Source of the DNA: Terriglobia bacterium
GTDB taxonomy: Bacteria > Acidobacteriota > Polarisedimenticolia > Polarisedimenticolales > JAIQFR01
Assembly (NCBI GenBank): GCA_963748015.1
Contig: CAVVHE010000005.1
Coordinates: 256,001 to 320,000, forward strand
Reading direction: 5' to 3'
Length of the DNA stretch: 64,000 nucleotides
This document shows positions 38,991 through 48,982 of the stretch, piece by piece. A program made the position numbers and the translations under genes. How positions within the stretch are numbered: the stretch's first letter is position 1; every line of letters begins with the position of its first letter. The notes beneath the pieces are model-generated. The model did not search any database, had not been told where the DNA came from, and saw only the letters and a list, made by a program, of their open reading frames with translations.

Positions 38991-41900
38991 TCATCTCGCC
39001 CTCGACGAGGCGGCGGCCGCCGGCGTCACGTCCTGCCCGAAGTAGGTCGCGAGGAACGCGAGATCGTCTCCGTCCACCCGCCCGTCCTGGTTGAAGTCCA
39101 CGGTCGAGTCGAATGCGGGGTCGCTGATCCGGTACGGCGGCAGGCAGGTCGTGATGGTGCTCAGGCTCGCCCAAGCCCTTCCGAGCCGGGAGAGATCCAG
39201 GCCGTCCACCCGGCCCGATCCGTCGATGTCGGCCGTCGACACCGGGGCCTCGCAGGCGTCGCCCACGTGGTTGCCGTTGTAGTCGGACTGGCTCGAGTTC
39301 AGGAGATCGGGACAGTTGTCGCAGGCGTCGCCGACGCCGTCTCCGTCCCGGTCGGCTTGGTCGGGATTGGCGACGCAAGGGCAGTTGTCGCCCGCGACCG
39401 CGCTCTCCGAGCCCGCGCACGTCTCGTCGCTCCGGCAGGCCTCGTTGACCTGGCACGGGACCCTGCACGTCCCGTCCAGGCACGTCTCGCCGCTCCGGCA
39501 GTTGTTGTTCACCTGGCACGAGATCGTCTCGGCGATGCACGCCATTCTTTGCGTGTCACACTTCTCGTCGACCCGGCAATCGCTTTCCGTCTGGCAGGGG
39601 AAGTCGAGAGCCGGGACGCAGATGTCCTTGTTGACGTCGCACTTCCCGTCGACCGGGCAATCGCCGCCCGACTGGCACGGGATCACGAGGAAGGTGCACA
39701 GCTTCGTCACGCTGTCGCACCTCTCGTCCGTCCGGCACTCGCTGTCCGTCTGACACGGGATTCCCTGCGCGGAGACGCAGATCTTCCTGTCGGCGTCGCA
39801 CTTCTCGCCGCTCTCGCACTCCGTGTCCTGCTGGCACTGGGTTTCCTGGAGGATGCACACTTTTCTCGTACTGTCGCACTTCTGCCCGCGCCTGCACCCG
39901 CTGTCGGAGAGACAAGAAACTTCCGGGACACGGACGCAGATCCTGCTCTGCGCGTCGCACTTCTCGTCGCTCCGGCAGTCGTTGTCCACCTGGCACGAAA
40001 CCGCCGGGACGACGCAGACCTCCAACGTGGTGTCGCACGCCTCGCCGCTCCGGCACTCGCTCTCGGTCAGGCACTGGATCGCCGGAACGGCGCAGACGCC
40101 CGTCTCGGGGGCGGCGCCACACGCGCAGGTCGAGGACAGCGGAGCCAGCGGGTTGCAGGAATCGCTGATCGCGCCGATGCCGTCACCGTCCGAATCCGGG
40201 AACTCGCAGCCCCTGAGGGCCTCGTCCACCGCGCCGTCGCAGTTGTTGTCGAGCCCGTCGCACCTCGTCTCGGTGCCGGCCTGATAACCCTGGCCGGGCA
40301 CGGGGGTGCACTGGGCGATCGAGCACGACTCCGAGCCGTTGCAGGTCTCCCTCACGCAGGTCTCGTAGGGGTAGCAGTCCGAGCCGTCGAGGCACGAGTT
40401 GCCGAGGAGGCTGCACCTGCCGGGCCGGCACTGGTCGTCGCCGGTGCAAACCTCGCGGGATTCGCTGCACGTCGACCGAGTCAGGCACTTCTGCGCGCCC
40501 AAGCAGGTGCCGCCGGAGCATTCGAGATCCAGATGGCAGGGCGTCGAGGGGTTGTTGCTGCACGTTCCCGTCGGACAGTCGGCGTTGAGGTCGCAGGGAT
40601 CGACCTCGGCCGCGGAGCAGAATCCGTACCGGCAGACCTGCTCGCCGTACTTGCAGCTCGCTCCCTCGGCGCAATCCGAGTTCTTCGCGCAAGCCGTCGC
40701 CGGGTTGTCGCTGCAGCTCCCCGCCGGGCAGTCCTCGTCGACGCTGCAGCTGGCCCCCTTGGCGACGTTGCACATCTTTCCCCTGCAGTCGGTGTCGGTG
40801 TTGCAGAGCTGCGTCGAGGTGGTGCTGCACTGCCCCTTGAATCCCGGGGCCTTGCACGCCTTGGAAGTCGCGGCGCAGACTCCGTTGCCGCACGTGTTGA
40901 ACCCATCGTCCACGAGGCCGCTGCAGTCGTCGTCCACGCGGTCGCAAGTGTTGTCGACGAGCCCCGGGTTCATCCCGCCGTTGAAATCGTTGCAGTCGTC
41001 GAGCGGCGTGCCGTCGGAATCGTACTTCCTCGGCGCGTAGTCCCCCTTCCGGTTGCACGAGCCGGCCGACTCGCAGTCCGCGCTGGTCTTGCAGAGCTTG
41101 CTTGGATCGCCGCTGCAAACGGTGAAGTCCTGGCACGTTTGCCCCGAGGGACAGTCGATGTCCGCCCGGCAGGTCAGGTCGAAGGACCCGCTGCAGACCT
41201 TGGAGGGTTGGCACACCCCCGAGACCTGGCCGTCCGGGACTCCCCAGCCGTCGCCGTCGGCGTCGCGGTACCAGTCGCCGGTGGGAAGCATCTCCGCCTG
41301 GCTGCACGTGTCCAACTGCGGGCATTCCGCGTCCGTCGTACAGACGCTTTGGTCCTGCGTGCATCGGTTGTCCCGGCACGCCGGGGCCGGGCAGTCCTCG
41401 TCGGTCCGGCAGTGGGTGCTGGGCGACAAGGCGCAGGTCTTGCTCCCGTCCGCGAGTCCGTCGCAATCTTCATCGAGGCCGTTGCACGTCTCCGTGGCCC
41501 CGGGGTGGATGCTGGCGTCCGTGTCGTTGCAGTCGCAGGCGGTGGACGCCCAGCCTCTTCGGGGCAGGCACGTCTGGATCGTGATGCCGTCGTCGCCGAA
41601 GCTGTCGCCGTCGGCGTCCCGGTAGGCCGTCACGACGGGGATGCCTTCGTCGATCTGCCCGTCGCAGTCGTCGTCGAGCTGGTTGCAGATCTCGGCCGCG
41701 CCGGGGCGGATCGAGATGTTGTAGTCGTTGCAGTCCTCGCCGCGAGTCAACCAGGTCACGGTCCTTTCGCACCGGTCGGTCCCCGGGCAGTCGCTGTCCA
41801 CGCTGCACTCGACGAGCGGGTTCTCCCTGCACACCTTGAAATTCAATGGGCGGCACCCGGTGACCGCCTTCGCCGCGTTGCCGTATTGGTCGCCGTCCAC

Positions 41901-44900
41901 GTCGGGATAGAAGGTGCCCTGAGCCAGGCCCTCGTCGATCTGGTCGTTGCAGTCGTCGTCGATACCGTTGCAGACCTCGGTGACACCGGGGTGGATGAAG
42001 TAGTCCCGGTCGTTGCAGTCGCCGTCGACCGGAATGAAGCCGACCGCGCGGTTGCACGCCTCTCCGGTCGGGCAATCCCGGTCGTCGTTGCACCGGACCA
42101 GGAAGGACACGTTGCAGACATAGTAGGGCAGCGGCGCCACGCACTGCTGGACCAGGTCGGTCGAGCTGCCGTAGCCGTCGCCGTCGGCGTCCCTGTACCA
42201 GGTCGGGACGGTCAGACCCTCGTCGATCTGGCCGTCGCAGTTGTCGTCGATCGCGTTGCAGGTCTCGGTGGCGCCGGGGTGCACGTTCGGGTTCCCGTCG
42301 TTGCAGTCGCCCTGGCAGGGAGAGTACCCGTCGCCGTCGGAATCCAGGTTCTGGTCGATCAGGTACCGGCCGCCGGTCCCGAGCGGGACGCCGAAATTGG
42401 TGCCGCCCCAGACGAACATGAGGTTGCCGGTCCAAACCGCAGCGTGCCGAGACCGGGCAAGGGGGACTCCGGTCGCGGACATGGACAGCCACTGGTCCAG
42501 CGCGGGGTCGAACCGAGCGCCCGTGTCGAGGTCGGAGGAGCCGTCGTTACCGCCCCACACGAGCATCTCCCTGCCGGACCAGACCGCGGTGTGCCAGAAC
42601 CGGGGAGACGGCGCGCCGGAACCGGGGAGCGCGGCCCAGGAGCCGCTCCCGCCGGAGCCCGGGTCGTAACTGGCACCCGTCCCGTCCGGCGCGTTGCCGG
42701 CGGTGGCCCCGCCGAAGACCAGCATCCGCGTCCCGGTCCACACCGCGGCGTGCCGGGACCTGGCGGAAGGCGCTCCGGAGGAAGCGACGCCCGACCAGGC
42801 GTTCGTGGCGGCGTCGTAGACGCCCCCCGTGTCGAGCTTGGTCCCCGCGTTCCCCTCGCCTGCCGACCCGTCGTCGCCGCCCCAAACGACCATCTTGGGA
42901 CCGGTCGACACGGCAGTGTGCTCGAAGCGCGCGGACGGCGCGCCCGAGGACGCCACCGGCTCCCACGCGTTGCCGATCGGATCGTACCTCGCGCCGTCCG
43001 CGAGCGCGTAGACCACTCCCTCGGCGGTCAGATTCAGTCCGCCCCAGACCACCATGCGTCCGGCGGTTCCGGCCCCCTGCTGCCAGGTCAACCAGGCAGC
43101 CGTGTGGCCCCACCGCTTGGCGGGCACTCCCGTCGTGGACATCGGAAGCCAGCTTCCCGCCAGCTCGTCGAAGCGCCGGCCGTCGCGCAGCGGCCCGTCG
43201 AGATTGGTCTCCGGGTCGTATCCCCATCCGCCCCAGACGATCACGTAGTCGCCGCTCCAGACCGCCGTGTGCTGCCTTCGTCCCTGCGGCGCACCCCCCT
43301 GGGGAACGGAGACAAAGTTGTCGATCGCGGGATCGTATCTTCCGCCGGTGTCGAGGTTGACGTAGTCGTCGGTGCCGCCCCAGGCGAAGACGTCTCTCCC
43401 GGTCCACACCGCGGTGAGCTGGTACCGCGGCCTCGGACCGAAGTCGGTGGGGGTCCACGAATCGCTCGCCAGGTCGTAACGGCCGCCCGTGTTGGACGCG
43501 TCAGCGCCCGTCGAATCGTCGGTTCCGCCCCAGACGACCATGAGGCTACCCGTCCAGACGGCGGTCTGATCGCCTCGAGCCGCCGGAGCGCCCGTGAGGC
43601 TCGTCGCCGTCCAGGCTCCGGTCGCCGGGTCGAACACGGCCCCGCCGTTGCGGAAGATCGTGCCGTCGAAGCCGCCCCAGACGATCATCTTGTCGCCGGT
43701 CGAGACCGCGGAGTGCCGGTAGCGAGCCGCCGGCGCGCCGCTCAAGTCGGTCGGCTCCCAGGTGTCGGTCGTCGGGTCGTAAGTGGAACCGGAGCCCAGC
43801 GCGACGCCGGGATCCGCTCCCCTGCGACCGCCCCAGACGATCATCTTGTTCCCGACGGCGACCGCGGTGTGGTTCCGCCGCGCGATGGGAGCCGGAGCTC
43901 GGGGCTCCGGGGTATCGGGGGGATCCTCGACGAACGTGGGCGACCAAGTCCCGTCGGCGAGATTGAAGCGGGCTCCCGTCCCCAGATCGTTGCTCCAGCC
44001 GACGACCCTGACGCCGGCGCACTGGTCGTCGGCCCCGCAGTCCGCATCGGTCGAGCAAGTGGTCTGGTTATTCCCGCTGCACACCTTGATCTCGACGTAT
44101 TCGTCGTTGCCGCCCCAGACGACCATGGAGCCGCCCGCAATCACCGCGGTGTGAAACGCGCGGGGCGTCGGCGCGCCGTCCGACGCGAGCGGGGCCCAGG
44201 TGTCGGTCGCCGGCGAGTAGCTCGCACCGTCGCCGAGCGGTTTCGTGTCGGGGTGCGTATCGTCGGAACGACCCCCGCCGCCCCACACGATCATCACGCC
44301 GTGGGTGGCGTCCCAGACCGCCGTGTGGTGCGCGCGCGGCGAAAGTGTGCTCGGCGAGAGCGTCGTCCAGGAGTCGCCGACGGGGTCGTACATCGCGCCG
44401 GAACCCGAGGTCACGTTCTTGGAATTGACGTAGTCGTAGGAGAAACCGCCCCAGATGATCATCTTGTCGCCGGTCCACACCGCCGTGTGCCCGAGCTTCT
44501 CGAACGGGACCCCTTGTTCCGGGTCCGCGGGCGCGATCGCCATCGCCGACCACGTATCGGTTGCCGGGTCGTAGCGGACGCCGTCGGGCCACGGATAGCC
44601 GGCGTAGGAGCCCCCGTAGACCATCATCAGGCTGCCGGTCCAGACCGCCGCCGTCGCGTAGCGCGGAAGCGGGGACACGCGGCCGAGGGATCCGTTGTCC
44701 CAGATGTCGTCGGTGCACGAAGCGCCCGGGACCTTGAACAGAGGAGCGGCCGGAGCGCTCGCGACGGGAAACTCGCCCTTGTCCCGGGCGACTGCACGAA
44801 CCGACGCGATGCTCAGGCCGCCCTCGACCTGCCGCCACCACTCGTCCCGGCTCTTCTTCCGGACCGAGAAGACGGCGAGGCGCACCTTGCCGGCGCTTTC

Positions 44901-45602
44901 GGACAGGACCGTCCGGATGACGAACGAGTCGCTCAGCTCCTCGACGGAGCCGACGCCGCCGGACTTCCTGGGAAGGCGCGAGGTCATCCTGGCGAACTCC
45001 GCCGCCGGCATCTCGATGGCGGACGGCGACGCGGACTTCGAGGCGGGGGAGCCGGCAACGACGATCTCGGCCACGGATCGGCCGGGGGACGGGAGCTTCG
45101 GATCGAGGCTACCGCTCGCGAGGCGCGCCCTGAGGGCATCGGCGGCGGCGCGCTCGCCCGCATGAAGGGCGCGGTCGCCCGCGTAGAAGTTTCCGACGAG
45201 CCTTTCCGCGAGCGCGGGACGCGCGAGGCACTCCTGCGCCATGAAGACATCGTTGCCCAGGGCACCGAACAGCTGCCGCAGCCGGTCCGGCATCCGGGTG
45301 CCGGAGACCATGCGCTGCAGCTCGCGCTCGAGCATCTGGGCGGTGATGGGAGTGTGCCAGACGTTGTCGAGCGCGGCCGACCGCTCGAGATACGCCCGGA
45401 CTTTTGCCTCCAGGAGGGCCCGAGGAACCGCCTCCTCGAAAGAGCGGGTCGCCCCGAGCTGGTACGAGTAGTAGACCCGCTCGATCGCTTCCTGTGCCTT
45501 GACGCGCTCCTCGAAGGTCAGATCGCGCGCCTCGGCTCCGGCGATGAACGCCGGCAGCAGAAGGAACAGAAAGGCGCTAGCGACCAGGCTCCTGGTTCTC
45601 AT
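38991..45602 (-). CDS. Giant secreted kelch-repeat, Cys/Asp-rich protein with TSP3-like repeats and a C-terminal dockerin-like domain
   Basis: Signal peptide, 14 HTAVWTG..M.VWGG kelch blades, DCND...PGA.E.CNG.DDDC repeats, DNCP...DGDGVGDAC, and two DxDxxGxVDGxDL motifs at the C-terminus. Confidence 0.9.
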   Translation of the reverse strand: MRTRSLVASAFLFLLLPAFIAGAEARDLTFEERVKAQEAIERVYYSYQLGATRSFEEAVPRALLEAKVRAYLERSAALDNVWHTPITAQMLERELQRMVSGTRMPDRLRQLFGALGNDVFMAQECLARPALAERLVGNFYAGDRALHAGERAAADALRARLASGSLDPKLPSPGRSVAEIVVAGSPASKSASPSAIEMPAAEFARMTSRLPRKSGGVGSVEELSDSFVIRTVLSESAGKVRLAVFSVRKKSRDEWWRQVEGGLSIASVRAVARDKGEFPVASAPAAPLFKVPGASCTDDIWDNGSLGRVSPLPRYATAAVWTGSLMMVYGGSYAGYPWPDGVRYDPATDTWSAMAIAPADPEQGVPFEKLGHTAVWTGDKMIIWGGFSYDYVNSKNVTSGSGAMYDPVGDSWTTLSPSTLSPRAHHTAVWDATHGVMIVWGGGGRSDDTHPDTKPLGDGASYSPATDTWAPLASDGAPTPRAFHTAVIAGGSMVVWGGNDEYVEIKVCSGNNQTTCSTDADCGADDQCAGVRVVGWSNDLGTGARFNLADGTWSPTFVEDPPDTPEPRAPAPIARRNHTAVAVGNKMIVWGGRRGADPGVALGSGSTYDPTTDTWEPTDLSGAPAARYRHSAVSTGDKMIVWGGFDGTIFRNGGAVFDPATGAWTATSLTGAPAARGDQTAVWTGSLMVVWGGTDDSTGADASNTGGRYDLASDSWTPTDFGPRPRYQLTAVWTGRDVFAWGGTDDYVNLDTGGRYDPAIDNFVSVPQGGAPQGRRQHTAVWSGDYVIVWGGWGYDPETNLDGPLRDGRRFDELAGSWLPMSTTGVPAKRWGHTAAWLTWQQGAGTAGRMVVWGGLNLTAEGVVYALADGARYDPIGNAWEPVASSGAPSARFEHTAVSTGPKMVVWGGDDGSAGEGNAGTKLDTGGVYDAATNAWSGVASSGAPSARSRHAAVWTGTRMLVFGGATAGNAPDGTGASYDPGSGGSGSWAALPGSGAPSPRFWHTAVWSGREMLVWGGNDGSSDLDTGARFDPALDQWLSMSATGVPLARSRHAAVWTGNLMFVWGGTNFGVPLGTGGRYLIDQNLDSDGDGYSPCQGDCNDGNPNVHPGATETCNAIDDNCDGQIDEGLTVPTWYRDADGDGYGSSTDLVQQCVAPLPYYVCNVSFLVRCNDDRDCPTGEACNRAVGFIPVDGDCNDRDYFIHPGVTEVCNGIDDDCNDQIDEGLAQGTFYPDVDGDQYGNAAKAVTGCRPLNFKVCRENPLVECSVDSDCPGTDRCERTVTWLTRGEDCNDYNISIRPGAAEICNQLDDDCDGQIDEGIPVVTAYRDADGDSFGDDGITIQTCLPRRGWASTACDCNDTDASIHPGATETCNGLDEDCDGLADGSKTCALSPSTHCRTDEDCPAPACRDNRCTQDQSVCTTDAECPQLDTCSQAEMLPTGDWYRDADGDGWGVPDGQVSGVCQPSKVCSGSFDLTCRADIDCPSGQTCQDFTVCSGDPSKLCKTSADCESAGSCNRKGDYAPRKYDSDGTPLDDCNDFNGGMNPGLVDNTCDRVDDDCSGLVDDGFNTCGNGVCAATSKACKAPGFKGQCSTTSTQLCNTDTDCRGKMCNVAKGASCSVDEDCPAGSCSDNPATACAKNSDCAEGASCKYGEQVCRYGFCSAAEVDPCDLNADCPTGTCSNNPSTPCHLDLECSGGTCLGAQKCLTRSTCSESREVCTGDDQCRPGRCSLLGNSCLDGSDCYPYETCVRETCNGSESCSIAQCTPVPGQGYQAGTETRCDGLDNNCDGAVDEALRGCEFPDSDGDGIGAISDSCNPLAPLSSTCACGAAPETGVCAVPAIQCLTESECRSGEACDTTLEVCVVPAVSCQVDNDCRSDEKCDAQSRICVRVPEVSCLSDSGCRRGQKCDSTRKVCILQETQCQQDTECESGEKCDADRKICVSAQGIPCQTDSECRTDERCDSVTKLCTFLVIPCQSGGDCPVDGKCDVNKDICVPALDFPCQTESDCRVDEKCDTQRMACIAETISCQVNNNCRSGETCLDGTCRVPCQVNEACRSDETCAGSESAVAGDNCPCVANPDQADRDGDGVGDACDNCPDLLNSSQSDYNGNHVGDACEAPVSTADIDGSGRVDGLDLSRLGRAWASLSTITTCLPPYRISDPAFDSTVDFNQDGRVDGDDLAFLATYFGQDVTPAAAASSRAR

Positions 45603-45756
45603 CGACACTCCTCCTCCGTGTGAAACGCATTCAATATCAGCGGGCGGGGGCGGTTGTCAATTGCGGTCTCCAAGAAGTTGCGGAGTATCTGCCGCTCGAA
45701 TCGGAGGCACCCGGGGGCCGGGACGTCCCACCGGCTGCGGACGGCGCGGGATGGGA

Positions 45757-46023
45757 TCAAAACCGGACTTCCGCCCACTCTCGAAGCATCCACGTGCCGA
45801 GACCCTCTTCCACGAGAGGGCTCGACCGGGCGATCGCCTCGGCCTCCATCCGGTCCGTCGCCTCGAAAATCTCGAGAAACCCCTCGCCGTCGCCCAATTC
45901 TCCGGCCGCTCGGAGCCGTCCGTCGGCGTGAAGCCGGCGCAGGTGCTCGACGTGCCCCGCTCGAGCCGCCTCGAGCTCGACCGGGGCGGCGGTCACGAGA
46001 AGCGTCCGGGCCCAGAGTGCCAT
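45757..46023 (-). CDS. YCII-related protein
   Basis: RAGHVEHLRRL...GRLRAAG...IFEA...SPLVEEGL. Confidence 0.7.
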   Translation of the reverse strand: MALWARTLLVTAAPVELEAARAGHVEHLRRLHADGRLRAAGELGDGEGFLEIFEATDRMEAEAIARSSPLVEEGLGTWMLREWAEVRF

Positions 46024-46047
46024 CTTCCCCCCACGCCCCTCCGGAGC

Positions 46048-47448
46048 TCAGATCTGCGTCTTTTCCAGATAATCCGGAATCTCGACGTGGACGGACAACT
46101 CGTCCCGGATCCGCGCCGCGAAGCTCTCGAGGCCCGCCGGCTCGCCGTGCACCAGGTGCACGGCGCCGGGACGGTGTCCCGACGAGCGCAGCCATTGCAG
46201 GATCTCCCCGCGGTCCGCGTGGGCCGAAAGGCCGTCGAGCGTTTCGATCCGCGCCCTCACCGGAATCTGCCGGCCATGGATCTTGATGCTGTCCGCCCCT
46301 TCCTGGAGCGCCCGGCCGCGCGTCCCGGCGGCCTGGAAGCCGACGAACAGCACGGTGGTCCGGTGATCGTCGAGCTTGAACTCCAGGTGGTGGAGGATGC
46401 GCCCCCCCTCGGCCATGCCGGACGCGGAAATGATGATGGCCGGGTAGGCGATGGAGTTCAACGCCTTCGACTCCTCGACGCTGCTCGCCATGTGGATCCC
46501 GGCGAGGCCGAGCGCGTCCTCGCCGCTCGCGGCCATCGCGCGCATCTCGAGGTCCTGGGCTTCGGGATGCCGAGTGACGATCCGCGTCGCCTCGATCGCC
46601 ATCGGGCTGTCGAGATAGATCGGGACGTCCGACGGGATCCGGTTCTCGCGGCGCATCTCGTGGAACAGGTAGAGCAGCGTCTGGGTCCGCCCGACCGCGA
46701 AGGAGGGGATCAGCAGGGTACCCCCACGCCGCACGGTGTCCCGAATGAGCGACTCGAGCAGGTCCTTCGGATCGTCGCGAGAGTGGTCGCGATCGCCGTA
46801 GGTGCTCTCGAGAACCAGGTGATCGCAGGGCGGAAGGGGCGCGGGATCGGGGAGGATCGGCTGTCCCGGCCGGCCGAGATCCCCCGAGAACAGCAGCACC
46901 TTTTCCCGGCCCCGACCGCCGGAGGATGCGATGCGCACCTCGACCAGCGCGGCGCCCAGGATGTGGCCGGCCGGATAGAGGCGGAGCGAGAGGCCGTCGT
47001 GGACCTCGATCGTCTGATCGAACGGAAGCGGGCGCAGCAGCGGCAGCGCCTGCCGGGCCTCCTCCTCGGTGTAGAGCGGGAGGGCCGGGCGGTGCTTCGA
47101 GTACCCCTTCCAGTTCGCGAACCTGGCGTCCTCTTCCTGGAGGTGGCCGGAGTCGGGAAGGAGGATGCCGCAGAGCTCGCACGTCGCCGGCGTCGCCAGG
47201 ACGTCCCCGACGAACCCCCGCCGGGCCAGGACGGGAAGGTAGCCGGTGTGGTCCAGGTGGGCGTGGGTGAGCACCACCCGGTCGATGGACGCGGGTTCCA
47301 CCGGCGGCGCCTCCCAGTTCCTCAGGCGAAGGTCCTTGAGCCCCTGGAACAGACCGCAATCCACAAGGATCCTGCATCCGTCGTGCTCGATCAGGAACTT
47401 GGATCCGGTGACGGTTCCGGTGGCGCCCAGGTAGGTGAGAGTGGCCAT
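46048..47448 (-). CDS. MBL-fold beta-CASP ribonuclease-like protein
   Basis: TVTGSKF, DCGLFQG, THAHLDHTG, AGHILG, ESTYG, SAHAD, LVHGE. Confidence 0.93.
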   Translation of the reverse strand: MATLTYLGATGTVTGSKFLIEHDGCRILVDCGLFQGLKDLRLRNWEAPPVEPASIDRVVLTHAHLDHTGYLPVLARRGFVGDVLATPATCELCGILLPDSGHLQEEDARFANWKGYSKHRPALPLYTEEEARQALPLLRPLPFDQTIEVHDGLSLRLYPAGHILGAALVEVRIASSGGRGREKVLLFSGDLGRPGQPILPDPAPLPPCDHLVLESTYGDRDHSRDDPKDLLESLIRDTVRRGGTLLIPSFAVGRTQTLLYLFHEMRRENRIPSDVPIYLDSPMAIEATRIVTRHPEAQDLEMRAMAASGEDALGLAGIHMASSVEESKALNSIAYPAIIISASGMAEGGRILHHLEFKLDDHRTTVLFVGFQAAGTRGRALQEGADSIKIHGRQIPVRARIETLDGLSAHADRGEILQWLRSSGHRPGAVHLVHGEPAGLESFAARIRDELSVHVEIPDYLEKTQI

Positions 47449-47652
47449 GCGGGTATCCGTCCGGCCCGTCCCGACCGGCGGGCCGGATCGCGGAGCGCCG
47501 CGGGCACGGTCGGGGATCGTACCACACCGCCGTGCGTCCGGCGCCGTGGCTCGGAGGGCCCGGGAAGTCGGCAACGTCGCCGTCGTTTGCTAGGATGGGA
47601 AACCGATCCGGCGGCGCGAGCGATGCCGCACGTCCCGGAAGGAGGTTTCTCC

Positions 47653-47883
47653 ATGCGGGTTCGCATCGAATACTGCGCGGAGTGAAACTACGAGCCACGG
47701 GCCGCCGGTCTGGCGGCCGAGATCAGGGAAGCGCTGGGTGTCGAGAGCGAGATGAAGCCGTCGCACGGCGGGGTCTTCGAGGTCACCGCGGACGGCCGGC
47801 TTGCCTTCTCGAAGAAAACCTCGGGCAGGTTCCCGAACGCGGGTGAGGTCTTGGCACTCCTCCGCGCGCAGGCAGGGTCGTAG
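47653..47883 (+). CDS. SelW/SelT/SelH (Rdx) family selenoprotein, in-frame UGA (Sec) at 47683-47685
   Basis: GGAGGT RBS. Read-through gives MRVRIEYCAEUNYEPRAAGLAAEIREALGVESEMKPSHGGVFEVTADGRLAFSKKTSGRFPNAGEVLALLRAQAGS, with CxxU and the GxFEV...FSK...RFP Rdx motifs. Confidence 0.9.
47700..47718 (+). promoter_or_regulatory. Putative bacterial SECIS hairpin
   Basis: GGCCGCC-GGTCT-GGCGGCC, starting 14 nt after the UGA, with G at the start of the loop. Confidence 0.7.
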
Positions 47884-47972
47884 ACCCGGCCGCGAACGAG
47901 AACCGAGTTTGGCGGCGATCCCGGCCGCGCGCCGCGCCTGGGCCGCGGAAGTGGATCGCCTGGGGGACCGAC

Positions 47973-48878
47973 ATGAGCCTCCTCGACCGGACCATTGCGT
48001 TCACGCTTCCCGCCGTCCCCAAGCCGATCGTCGGCTTCTTCTCCAAGCGCTACATCGCCGGCCCCGAAATGGAGGACGCGTTCCGAGTGGCCCGCGGCCT
48101 AGAGGAGCGGGGCGCCTGCGCGACCTTCGACATCCTCGGGGAGTTCATCACGACCGCCGAGGAGGCGCGGGCCAACACCGAAAGCTACGTGGACCTGATC
48201 CGAAAGATCGCCGCCGGCGGGTTCGGGTCGCGAAACGTCTCCGTCAAGCTCACCTCGCTCGGACTCCTGCTCGACCGCAGCCTCTGCCTCGACAACATGC
48301 GAACGCTGATGGCCGCGGCGCGCGAGGTGGACGGCTTCGTCCGGGTCGACATGGAAGACTCGCAGTGCACCGACCGGACGATCGAGATCTACCGGACGCT
48401 CCGCGGCGAGTACGCGGGGCACGCCGGCCTGGTCCTCCAGTCCCGTCTCCGCCGGACGCTGGCCGACGTGGACGATCTCACCGCGGAGCCGTCGAGCTTC
48501 CGCCTCTGCAAGGGGATCTATCTCGAGCCGAGACCCATCGCGTTCACCGACGCCGAGCTCATCCGCCGGAACTTCACCCTCGTTCTCGACCGCATGTTCG
48601 AGCGCGGAGCCTACGTGGGCATCGCCACCCACGACGAGATCCTGGTCTGGGAGGCGCTGCGCCTCATCCGGAAGCACAAGCTCGGGCGCGACGCGTACGA
48701 GTTCCAGATGCTCCTCGGCGTGGACGAGCAGCTGCGCAACATCATCCTCGCGGACGGCCACCGGCTGCGCGTCTACGTCCCGTTCGGGCGCCAGTGGTAC
48801 GCCTACTCGGTGCGGCGCCTCCGGGAGAACCCGCAGATCGCCGGCTACGGCTTCAAGGCGATCTTCAAGCGGGCCTGA
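47973..48878 (+). CDS. Monofunctional proline dehydrogenase
   Basis: SKRYIAG, VSVKLTSLG, VDMED, RLCKGIY, IATHD, EFQMLLG, YVPFG...YSVRRLRENP. Confidence 0.93.
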   Translation: MSLLDRTIAFTLPAVPKPIVGFFSKRYIAGPEMEDAFRVARGLEERGACATFDILGEFITTAEEARANTESYVDLIRKIAAGGFGSRNVSVKLTSLGLLLDRSLCLDNMRTLMAAAREVDGFVRVDMEDSQCTDRTIEIYRTLRGEYAGHAGLVLQSRLRRTLADVDDLTAEPSSFRLCKGIYLEPRPIAFTDAELIRRNFTLVLDRMFERGAYVGIATHDEILVWEALRLIRKHKLGRDAYEFQMLLGVDEQLRNIILADGHRLRVYVPFGRQWYAYSVRRLRENPQIAGYGFKAIFKRA

Positions 48879-48982
48879 CCCCATCGGCCGTCCGCTCCCC
48901 CGCCGTCATCTTCGGCTCGCGGGGCGCGAGGACCGCGGGGGTGTCTCCGTCGGGTTTCGGAACCAGCTCCATCGAAACCGGA

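Noticed and set aside
38964..45623. 2219-aa plus-strand ORF
   Set aside because: Antisense mirror of the kelch gene with no motifs of its own.
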